From assembly GCA_003222675.1 (NCBI GenBank), contig QHWT01000044.1:53548-117547 (forward strand): a DNA stretch of 64,000 nucleotides, given 5' to 3'. Both the position numbers and the translations under genes were made by a program. This DNA comes from Acidobacteriota bacterium. Lineage in GTDB: Bacteria; Acidobacteriota; Vicinamibacteria; Vicinamibacterales; 2-12-FULL-66-21. Each line of letters begins with the position of its first letter. Within the stretch, counting starts at the first letter, position 1. Shown one piece after another: positions 28,585 through 37,468 of this stretch. Under the pieces are notes generated by a model that worked only from the letters and a program-made list of their open reading frames with translations, ran no database searches and had not been told where the DNA came from.

Positions 28585-31500
28585 TCAGAAAAGGACCTTT
28601 ACGCCGAGCTGTAACCTCCGGGGACTGCCGGCCGACAGGATCTGACCGAACGTCGGCGAGAGGAGGACGTTGTCCGGCAGGTTGTAGTTAACGCGATTGA
28701 ACAGGTTGAACGCCTCCAGACGGAGCTGGAGCCGTGTATCGCCGTTCAAGCGCACATGCTTCAACACGCCGAGATTGAAGTTGGCGTATCCCGGCCCTTC
28801 CAGAATGTTGCGTCCGGCGTTCCCGAACGTGCCGAAGGGCGGAATCGAGAACGCCTTCGTGTTGAACCACTGCGCGGCGCTCGGATTCGCGACGCTGGTG
28901 GCGCCGCTGACGTTCGGCCGATCGTTCGCGCCGAACCCAAGCGATCCGCGGCCCGTGTTGCTGTTGTCGAAATCGGGCGACAACAGCACGGTGAACGGCC
29001 GGCCGCTCTGCAGCGTGAGGATCCCGGTGACGGCCCAGTCCGCGAGAAGATTCGACGCCCAGCCGTGATTTGCGAACCGGTTGCTGCCGGAGCCGAACGG
29101 CATGTCGCACGTGAACCCGAACGTCAGCCGCTGACGCAGATCGAAATTCGATCGTCCCCACTCCGCGTCAGGATTGTTGCTGTCCTGCGGGAAGTTCGGA
29201 TCGCCGGTGCTCGTAAACAATCCCGAGGCATCGTCGTGCGACGACGACCATGTGTACGATGCGAGCGCCGTCACGCCCATCGACAGGCGCTGGGTGAACG
29301 ACATCTGCAGGCTGTCGTAGTCGGATCGCGCCTGCGACTCGAGGGCGGTGATATCGGCCAACAAGGGATTCGGCCGCAGGTTCAGCGGTTGAGGACTCGC
29401 GTTCGCCTGGTTGGCGTCGCGTCCGCGCAGCAGGTCGCGTCCCTTCGATCCGACGTACGCGACGTCGACCAGACGCGAGGGACCGAGCTGACGCTGCACC
29501 GTGATGTTCCACTGGTGCGCGTGGGCCGTCTGGAAATCGCGTTGATACGTCGTCGCCGACGGCGGAATGAAGATTGGAAACTGCTGCGGGTACGGATCGT
29601 TGATGAACAGAAGCGACCCTGGTAGCGGAAAGAAGATGCGCAGATCGAAGAGCGGCGGATTGAAGTAGATCCCCTCGCCCGGCGCGAGCGCCGACTGATC
29701 GTAATAGATCCCGTAACCGGCGCGGACGACGGTCTTTCCCGATTCGTCGACGCTCCACGCGGCACCGACGCGCGGCGCCCAGTTGTTCCGATCCGGTTCG
29801 TAGCCACCGCGCGGAACACCGTTGGTGCCGACCTGCACGACCGATCCGGCGGACGGATCGTATACAGCGGCGCGATCGTGAGCGTCGTAGGGCGGGGCGT
29901 TGTACTCGTAGCGCAGGCCGGCCGACAGCGTCAGCCGCGAGCTCACCGCAACGCTGTCCTGCACGAATGCGCCGTAGCCGTGCGTGCGCAGGTGCTGTGC
30001 ATTGTCGAGACGCGCGACCCCGGTCGTGACCGGCAGGCCGAGCAGGAGATCGGCCAGCGCGTTGCCCGTCAGCTGCGCCTGGTCCGCAAAGCTGAGGAAG
30101 CCCCGCGCCTGTATGTCACGAAACGCGCCCTGCTGAACCATGCGCACGTCCACGCCGGTTCGCACCAGGTGCCGGCCGCGCGCATATGTGATCGAGTCGG
30201 TAACCTGGAGCTGGTCCGTGTGGCTCTTCTGCGGCGCGTTATAGTCGTCGCCGATCGGTGAATATCCCGTCAAGGTGATGAGGCTCAGTCCGGAATCGCG
30301 CGGATCGGCCGACACAGTGGGCAATCCAACCTGCTGATTGACGTTGGTTCTGCTTTCCTGGAAGGCGCCGGCGTTGATTCGCGTGTATCCAATGCGTACT
30401 TCGTTGAGCAGGGCATTCGAGAACACGCGGCGCTCGCCGGCCATCGCATTCTGCGCCCGCCGCGGGGCGCTCGTGCCGAACCCGGGCACGAGCGAGAAGC
30501 CGGCGCCGGAGAACGGCTCGAAGAAATCACGATCGCTGAAGCTGTAGCGCAGCGTGAGCGTCGCGCGCGGAGGTCTGGTCGAGTGATCGACGCGCAGATC
30601 GTACTGATCGCGACGGTCGGTCGAGACCGGTGACGACACGTAGTTCTGAAACGGAACCCCCCGGTTCGGCAGCGGATACAGCGCGGCGATCGCACGGCCG
30701 ACCGGATTGATGAAGGCCGGCGGGATGACGCCGTTGGCGAATGGCTGCTGCGTGAACAGGTTGAACGGCCGCGGCGAAAGGCTCTGCGAGAAATCCCCGC
30801 TGCGCTCGGCCGTCGTCGGCACGTTGGTGACCGTCGTGATCCCCTCGCGCGTGCGCGTCCCCTCATAGTCGCCGAAGAAGAACGTGCGATTCTTCACGAT
30901 CGGTCCGCCGAATGCCGCGCCGAACTGGTGACGGCTGTACGCGGGATCCGGTTCGTTCTTCGGCGCGAACGCGTTCGTCGCGTTCAGCGCGCGATCCCGG
31001 AAGAACTCGTACGCGGTCTCATGAAGCCGGTTCGCGCCCGACTGGACGACGACGTTCACCTGGCCGGCGCTGTTGCGTCCGAACGACGCGTCAGCCGTGC
31101 TCGTGACGAGCTCGAATTCCTGCACCGCATCCACCGGCGGCGACACGCCGAGCGTGTTCAACTTCGGATCGACGTTGAGCACACCATCGAGCAGATATCC
31201 GTTCGAGTCTTCGCGGCCGCCATTGACGTGAAACGCAAAGTCGCCGCGCACCGAGGATGCCGATCCTGGGGCCTCGGGCGCGGTACCGGGCGCGAGCAGG
31301 CTGAGCTCGAGGAAGTTGCGGCCGTCGAGCGGCAGCCCGCGAATCTGTTCGCCGTCGATTGCCGTCGCGCGCGCGGGACGGAGCCGTTCGATTGACGCGG
31401 CGGGTGCCGTCACCGTAACGCTCTCGTCGCGTTGGCCGAGCGTCAGCTGGATGTCGACGCGCCGCTCTTCGCCAACTTGCAAGCGGATCTGCTGTGTGTA

Positions 31501-31755
31501 GGCCTTGTATCCCGCCTGCTCGATCTGGATCGTATGCGTGCCGGACGGAATCGCGGCGACGACAAACCGGCCGGTGCCGTCGGCCGTGACGGTCCGCCGT
31601 TCACCGGTGTCGACCTGCACGATCGTCACCTGCACACCGGGAATCGGCATCGCCGACGGATCGAGGACGACGCCACGGATGGATGCGAGTGGAGTCTGAG
31701 CTGCGGCGGGTAGCGCCAGCGCCGCCGCCATCGCGAGCGCGAGGAAAGCCGTCAT
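28585..31755 (-). CDS. TonB-dependent receptor with carboxypeptidase-regulatory-like N-domain (Oar-like)
   Basis: 'IRGVVLDPS..PIPGVQVT', 'LPLDGRNFLEL', 'DAVQEF', 'NNWAPRVG', C-terminal 'QLGVKVLF'; ATG 31755. Confidence 0.92.
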   Translation of the reverse strand: MTAFLALAMAAALALPAAAQTPLASIRGVVLDPSAMPIPGVQVTIVQVDTGERRTVTADGTGRFVVAAIPSGTHTIQIEQAGYKAYTQQIRLQVGEERRVDIQLTLGQRDESVTVTAPAASIERLRPARATAIDGEQIRGLPLDGRNFLELSLLAPGTAPEAPGSASSVRGDFAFHVNGGREDSNGYLLDGVLNVDPKLNTLGVSPPVDAVQEFELVTSTADASFGRNSAGQVNVVVQSGANRLHETAYEFFRDRALNATNAFAPKNEPDPAYSRHQFGAAFGGPIVKNRTFFFGDYEGTRTREGITTVTNVPTTAERSGDFSQSLSPRPFNLFTQQPFANGVIPPAFINPVGRAIAALYPLPNRGVPFQNYVSSPVSTDRRDQYDLRVDHSTRPPRATLTLRYSFSDRDFFEPFSGAGFSLVPGFGTSAPRRAQNAMAGERRVFSNALLNEVRIGYTRINAGAFQESRTNVNQQVGLPTVSADPRDSGLSLITLTGYSPIGDDYNAPQKSHTDQLQVTDSITYARGRHLVRTGVDVRMVQQGAFRDIQARGFLSFADQAQLTGNALADLLLGLPVTTGVARLDNAQHLRTHGYGAFVQDSVAVSSRLTLSAGLRYEYNAPPYDAHDRAAVYDPSAGSVVQVGTNGVPRGGYEPDRNNWAPRVGAAWSVDESGKTVVRAGYGIYYDQSALAPGEGIYFNPPLFDLRIFFPLPGSLLFINDPYPQQFPIFIPPSATTYQRDFQTAHAHQWNITVQRQLGPSRLVDVAYVGSKGRDLLRGRDANQANASPQPLNLRPNPLLADITALESQARSDYDSLQMSFTQRLSMGVTALASYTWSSSHDDASGLFTSTGDPNFPQDSNNPDAEWGRSNFDLRQRLTFGFTCDMPFGSGSNRFANHGWASNLLADWAVTGILTLQSGRPFTVLLSPDFDNSNTGRGSLGFGANDRPNVSGATSVANPSAAQWFNTKAFSIPPFGTFGNAGRNILEGPGYANFNLGVLKHVRLNGDTRLQLRLEAFNLFNRVNYNLPDNVLLSPTFGQILSAGSPRRLQLGVKVLF

Positions 31756-31856
31756 AGTATTTTGTTCGTCAAAAGGACGCGGTGTCCGGGTGGTCATTCT
31801 ATCGCAGCGCAGAGGCTCGTCCGTTGCGGCTCGGCGCGCAATTGAAGGAGTCCCCA

Positions 31857-32126
31857 CGCGCAATCGAAGGAGCGCCTGCGGCCAGCGCGAGCGGCCGGAG
31901 GGTAGCGCCGCGAAGCGGCGCCCGCGAGCGCGAGCGCGTGAGAGCCGTCAGCCGCCGCGGAGCCCGAATGGGCGGAGCGGCAAGCGTCGGGGGTGGGGCC
32001 CCGACGCATTTGAAAGATGTGGGGCCCCGCGCGCAATCGAAGGAGCGCCTGCGGCCAGCGCGAGCGGCCGGAGGGTAGCGCCGCGAAGCGGCGCCCGCGA
32101 GCGCGAGCGCGTGGGGGTGGGGCCCC
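31857..32126. repeat. 84-bp exact direct repeat (x2) plus GGGGGTGGGGCCCC motifs in a divergent intergenic region
   Basis: 31857-31940 identical to 32030-32113; GGGGTGGGGCCCC at ~31990 and ~32114. Confidence 0.85.
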
Positions 32127-32152
32127 ACGCGCAAATTAAGTAAGGAGCTTCT

Positions 32153-33391
32153 ATGAAGACCGCGCGCTCTCTGTTCGCGATCGGAATAGTCCTTGGGATG
32201 AGTGTCGTGACGGGCGGTCAGTCGGCGCCGGGCGACTGGCCCCAGTGGCAGGGGCCCGACCGTAACGGCTCGTCGAAAGAGACGGGCCTCCTCAAGGAAT
32301 GGCCATCATCGGGTCCGCCGCTCGTCTGGTCCGCGTCGAACCTCGGCGGCGGGTACGGTTCGATTGCCGTAAAAGCCGATCGGATTTATGTGCAGGGGAT
32401 GAAAGGGTCGACGAGCATCGTATCCGCGCTCAATCGCGCGGACGGCAAACCGCTCTGGTCGAAATCAGTCGGACCGTCTGCCGGTAGCGACCAGGGCGAC
32501 GGGCCGCGCGGGACGCCGACCCTCGACGCCGATCGACTGTACGTGCTGACGGAGAACGGAGATCTCGCCTGCCTCAAGACTGACGGCAGCGCCGTATGGC
32601 AGCGCAACATTCTCAAGGACTTCAATGGCCGCAACCTGCGATGGCTCATCAGCGAATCACCACTCGTCGACGGCAGCAACGTGATCGTCACGCCGGGCGG
32701 TGCCAATGCCGGTATGGTGGCGCTCGACAAGATGACGGGAAAGACCATCTGGACCAGCAAGGAGCTGAGCGATCCCGCAGGCTACGCATCGCCCGTGGTT
32801 GCGGAGGTCGGCGGCGTCCGCACCTACACGACGCTGACGTCGAGTGCCGGTGTCGGCGTGCGCGCGTCCGATGGAAAGTTGATGTGGCGATACGATCGCG
32901 CCGCGAACAACGTCGCCAACATCGCCACGCCACTCTTTTCCGACAACAAGGTGTTCTACACGTCCGCCTACGATACGGGGGCGGCGCTGCTCGGCCTGAC
33001 CGCGCAGAACGGCGAGGTGAAGGCCAACGAAATCTACTTCACGCGCAACATGAAAAACCATCATGGCGGCGTCGTGCTGGTGAACGGCTACGTGTACGGC
33101 TTCACCGATTCGATCCTGACGTGCCTGGAATTCGCGACGGGCAAGCAGGTGTGGCGCGACCGCAGCGTCGGCAAGGGTACCGTGACCTACGCCGACGGCA
33201 ACCTTTATGTACAGGGGGAGAACAACACCGTCGGCCTCGCGGAGGCGACGCCGAACGGTTACAACGAGAAGGGACGGTTCAAGATTGCCGACCAGGGTCT
33301 TCCGAGCTGGGCCCATCCTGTCGTAAGCGGCGGCCGGCTCTACGTGCGCAATCAAGGCACCCTGGCGGCGTACGATATCAAGGCGAAGTAG
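32153..33391 (+). CDS. Secreted PQQ-like beta-propeller protein #6
   Basis: TAAGGAG RBS, signal peptide, 'DWPQWQGPDRNG', 'GPRGTP', 'WAHPVVSGGRLYVR'. Confidence 0.9.
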   Translation: MKTARSLFAIGIVLGMSVVTGGQSAPGDWPQWQGPDRNGSSKETGLLKEWPSSGPPLVWSASNLGGGYGSIAVKADRIYVQGMKGSTSIVSALNRADGKPLWSKSVGPSAGSDQGDGPRGTPTLDADRLYVLTENGDLACLKTDGSAVWQRNILKDFNGRNLRWLISESPLVDGSNVIVTPGGANAGMVALDKMTGKTIWTSKELSDPAGYASPVVAEVGGVRTYTTLTSSAGVGVRASDGKLMWRYDRAANNVANIATPLFSDNKVFYTSAYDTGAALLGLTAQNGEVKANEIYFTRNMKNHHGGVVLVNGYVYGFTDSILTCLEFATGKQVWRDRSVGKGTVTYADGNLYVQGENNTVGLAEATPNGYNEKGRFKIADQGLPSWAHPVVSGGRLYVRNQGTLAAYDIKAK

Positions 33392-33445
33392 CCGCCAGCC
33401 ACCAGCCACCAGCTGCGAGCTGGAAGCTGGAAGCTGGAAGCTGGA
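33392..33445. repeat. Inverted heptamer arrays (CCAGCCA / GCTGGAA) between convergent genes; possible bidirectional terminator
   Basis: ccagcca ccagcca ccagct gcga gctggaa gctggaa gctggaa gctgg. Confidence 0.65.
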
Positions 33446-33448
33446 GAC

Positions 33449-34144
33449 TCAGTTCTTCGTCATCTTCAGATTGGACACCGTCAGATCCATGTTGTGGCTG
33501 ACGCGGATGCCGTAAATTCCGTCGGTCGACTCCAGTTTGCCGGGACCAACGATATCCGCCTTCTCGAAGGAGGCGACTGACGCGCCGTTGATCTGGCACT
33601 CGGCCTTCCCACTCTTGACGACCCACGCGACTTCCTGTGTGACGCTTTCGTCCGGGCTCGCGGCTTTCTTGATCGCCGCGTTCGGAGACTTGCGCATGAC
33701 CTGTGTCACGTTGTTGCCGTTGAAGCGGCGCACGATGAACGTGCCGTCGCGATAGGCGGTGCAATACATCAAGCTGTGGTCGGGGGTGCCGAGCTTGCTG
33801 CCGCCGATGAAAAGACCCATCGGGTGCGGGTGGCCCGAGGTCATCTTCGCCTCGGTGAACGTCGCCTTCACGGTGTAATCCCCGCTGGCGGTGTTCGACG
33901 GGTTCCAGTACACCGCCGCGGGCCCGATCGCGAGATGGTACGTGTCGCCCTTCTGCTCGAACTTCGAGTCCTTGATGCTTCGGCCCTGAGAAGCGGACTG
34001 CGCGTCGACTTCCCCCTTCCACCCCGGCGCCGTGATCCCGCCGCCCGCGACGGCGCGGTCGGCATCCTGCTGTCCGGCAATAGAAAGCACGGGCGCGAGC
34101 ACGGCCAGACCAATGACGAACGCTGTCCTGCAAAACACGCGCAT
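33449..34144 (-). CDS. Secreted hypothetical protein, probable jelly-roll (DUF1080-like) fold
   Basis: Signal peptide, 'GDYTVKATF', 'DGIYGIRVSH'; GGAGGA RBS. Confidence 0.7.
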   Translation of the reverse strand: MRVFCRTAFVIGLAVLAPVLSIAGQQDADRAVAGGGITAPGWKGEVDAQSASQGRSIKDSKFEQKGDTYHLAIGPAAVYWNPSNTASGDYTVKATFTEAKMTSGHPHPMGLFIGGSKLGTPDHSLMYCTAYRDGTFIVRRFNGNNVTQVMRKSPNAAIKKAASPDESVTQEVAWVVKSGKAECQINGASVASFEKADIVGPGKLESTDGIYGIRVSHNMDLTVSNLKMTKN

Positions 34145-34163
34145 ATACAGTCCTCCAGAGATT

Positions 34164-34187
34164 GTGGCTTCCGCTTTCAGGTGGAAG
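34164..34187. repeat. REP-like palindrome copy (GTGG-CTTCCGC..GTGGAAG)
   Basis: GTGGCTTCCGCTTTCAGGTGGAAG, degenerate member of the 18450 family. Confidence 0.65.
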
Positions 34188-34193
34188 TCGTGG

Positions 34194-34904
34194 TCACTTC
34201 AGCTCTCGAATGCGGATGTTGCGGAAGGCGAGCGTGCCCTCATGATCGCCCTGGAGCGCGATGTGCCCCTTTTTCGCACGGCCGTAGTTCGACCAGTCCT
34301 TGAACTTGCTGGCCTTCACCTTGGCCTCCCAGTCCGGACTCCACAACTCGTAGTCGACCGCCTTCGCCCCATTGAGCCAGTGCTCGACGTGTGCGCCCTT
34401 CGCGAGGATGCGAGTCATGTTCCACTGGCCGACCGGCTTGGGTTTGGCGTTCGCGGCGGGAGGATAGAGCGCGTAGGCGGACGCCGCGAGCGTCAGCGGC
34501 GAATTGTTGTCGTCGGCCTTCTCGTTGTCGAGCAACTGGTATTCCGGCCCGCTCCAGTAGATGTGATCGTATTCCTCGGTGCCCCGATAGAAGATGCCGG
34601 CGTTGCCACCTGCGCTGATCTTCCATTCGAGTGACAGCTCGAAGTCCCCGAACTCGTCCTTCGTCACGAGGTCGGCCACGCGTGTGTCCTTGAAGAGCGT
34701 GCCGTCGACGATCTTCCACCCTTCGGGGACTTTATCGGCCTTGTAGCCGCGCCACGCGTCGAGCGATGTCCCGTCGAACAGCGTCTTCCATTCGCCGCCG
34801 TTCGCTGTCGTGGGTTTGTCAGTCTGCGCGCCCGCGCTGGTGAACGCCATCGCGCACAGCGCGCCGGTCGCCAACGCGCTGACCCACCGTCTCCACTCCC
34901 TCAT
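34194..34904 (-). CDS. DUF1080 (3-keto-disaccharide hydrolase-like) secreted protein
   Basis: 'WKTLFDG.SLDAW', 'GNAGIF', 'EYQLLD', 'GHIALQGDH...FRNIRIREL'; ATG 34904. Confidence 0.88.
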   Translation of the reverse strand: MREWRRWVSALATGALCAMAFTSAGAQTDKPTTANGGEWKTLFDGTSLDAWRGYKADKVPEGWKIVDGTLFKDTRVADLVTKDEFGDFELSLEWKISAGGNAGIFYRGTEEYDHIYWSGPEYQLLDNEKADDNNSPLTLAASAYALYPPAANAKPKPVGQWNMTRILAKGAHVEHWLNGAKAVDYELWSPDWEAKVKASKFKDWSNYGRAKKGHIALQGDHEGTLAFRNIRIRELK

Positions 34905-37467
34905 GAGTGATCTCCCTTCCGCACCGCGGGCTCCAACACCCTGATGCGTCGAAACACTATATCCACGAACCACGCGCACAAGGCGATTGTGACGAATGCC
35001 AGCCAGAGGGGCCGCCGATCGGTCCGCCGATCGGCGGCGCCGTTCGCGAGCGCGGCGGCCGGCGGGCGCCACTGACCACCCGTCGCGAGCGCCATCGACT
35101 TCAAGAGGCGCTCGTCGGGCGCCTTGAACCGATATTCTGCGGCGGCGTCGGGCAGCACAACGCGCGACGTGATGCCGCCGATCTTACCCGTTTCGTCGGC
35201 GGGTTGTGATGCGGCGCTCACGGCAAGCTGATCGGCCGCAGCGGCGACGACCGTCGCTTCGTAGCGTCCGGGCGCCACCTGGTGAAGCGGCACATCAATC
35301 GCGCGAGCGGCCGTGTTCGGCGCGACGCGAGACACTCGCACCGACGGGTGCAGCAGATCGCGATACTGACCTTGCGGGTCCCGCGCTTCGATCGCGATCG
35401 CGATCGATCGCACGCGGCCCTTGATCGGTCCCGGCGTGACGTCGAGCGCGAGCGGCAGCGGACGGTGCCGCGCAAGCGTCCGCACGATGGACGTGAAGAA
35501 AGGACCATACCCGCGCCACCGCACCCAGTTCGCTGCCCATCGATCTTTCACGTCCGACGCGAAAACCGCCGAGCGCCCGAGGCCGATCGGCCAGAACGCG
35601 AGCAGCGGTTCCTCATCGCCGGTCGCCGCCACTTCGAGCGCCGTGTCCTTCAACACAGTGGCGGTCCGTCCCTTCAGGTGCGGCAGGCGCGCGAGGTCCA
35701 CGCCCGTCAGGAACGCCGGCGCCTTGACGAGGGGAACGATGTCCTTTTCCTCGAATGACGGGTCGGCGGCATTCTTCGCCTCGGTCACGAAGATCTGCGG
35801 CAGCTGGCGCGCATCTTCGGATACGTACGAACGTCCCTTACCCCAGTTCGCAAAGCTGCGGAGGAGCTCCGGGTTCGCGGACGGGCCAATGGCGACGGTT
35901 GACAGCGTAATCCGCGCCTCGACCATCTTCTCGATCAGCGACTCGTAGTCTGCCGGGTACGAGCGTCCGTCGGAGAGCATCACGACGTGCTTGGCGCGCG
36001 CCTTGGCGGCGCGCAGCGCGAGGTAGGCCTGCTCCATCGCGGGGTAGAACAACGTGTTGCCGCCCGGCTCAATGGCGGCGATCCGTTTGCGGATCTCGTC
36101 GCGGTTGCCGGCGATCGTCCGAAGCGTCACCGCCCACTCGAACTTGTCATTGAACGTGAGGATGCCAATCGCCTGCTCGTCCTTCATTACGTCCACGGCC
36201 GCCTGCGCGGCGGTCTTGCACAGGTCTATCGAGCGCCCCGACATGCTGAGCGATCGATCGAGCACGAGCACCAGCGCGACCTCCGGCTCGTCCTTCCGCT
36301 CGAACGTCACCGGCGTCAGCCGCTCGAGCGTCGTCTTTCGGTAGCCCTTCTCGCCGAACACCGCCTCCCCGCCGGCGACGAGCAGTCCTCCGCCTCCTTG
36401 TTCGACCCATTGCGAGATCGCCGTCATCGATGTATCGGGCAGCGCGGACCGCGGCACGTCGCTCAGCACCAGCACGTCGAACGGGTCGAGTGCCGCGGTG
36501 CTCGATGGAAGGGCCGCCGGACTCCTGAGGGTGACGTCGAAGCCGGACGTCCTGAGCGCATTGGAGAGATACCGCGCGCTCGCAGGCGTGCGCTCGATGT
36601 ACAGCACTTTCACGCTTGGATCCGTCCACACGTCGCGGGCAAGACTGTTGTTGGCGGCGAGCGGATCGCCAGGCACCACCACCGACGCTTCCAGGACGTG
36701 CGATCCGGGCGCGTCGATCTTGGCGTCGATCGTCACGTGCGTGACGCCTTTCGATACCGTCACCGCTCGCCCGGCCAACCGCTGGCCTTCCGCTCGCAGC
36801 GCGACGCGCGCGTCACCCGCGCGCTGGCTGCCGATGGCGATGGTCGCGGTGAATGCCGAGCCCGCACTGATGCGATCCGGGACATCGATGGTTGGACTGA
36901 CACTGGAATGTGCGCCGCAGCCATCCGCTCGACCGCCAGCGTGGTGTCGCCGGCAGTCGACCGCCCATCGGTGAAGAGAACGATCCGCGGCACGTGACCG
37001 GCGGCAAGCTCCGCCCGTGCCGCGTCGAGCGCGGCTTCGAGGTCGGTGCCCCGGCGGTCGACGCGCTCGGCTGTAGCGCTCGCGGGATCCTCCCGCGCGA
37101 TTCCTCTGAGCGCGTCTGTGCTGTCGACACGCATCGTGGTGACGCCGAACGCGACAATTCGCGTGTGCGCCGGCTGGAGTGCGCGATTGAGATCATCAAT
37201 CGCCTGCGCCGCTGCTTCGATCCCCGGCGTGCCGATGCTGTAGGAGACGTCTACCGCATAGACGATTGACTGACGCGACGATCCGAACGACAGCACGGGA
37301 CGCGCCAGCGAGCATGCAAGCGCCGCGAGCATCATCGATCGCACACCGGACTGCAGGACGCTTTGCCGCCGGTTGAAGTTCGTCCGCCCGACGCGAGGCG
37401 CAATCCACACGAGCGGCAGCGCCAGCAGCAGCCAGAGCGCCGATGGTGCGATAAAGGTCAACGACAT
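34901..37467 (-). CDS. Membrane-anchored double-vWA protein with GATase-like (DUF1355) domain; split by a frameshift near 36890
   Basis: N-part MIDAS 'VDVSYS', 'FTDG'; C-part 'FDVLVLSDVP', 'LDRSLSM', 'LSDG', C-terminal TM; the two ORFs join out of frame. Confidence 0.75.
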
Positions 37468-37468
37468 G

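Noticed and set aside
31857..32113. CRISPR array
   Set aside because: Only two 84-bp copies, wrong size, and no cas genes; the heptamer tracts have no spacers either.
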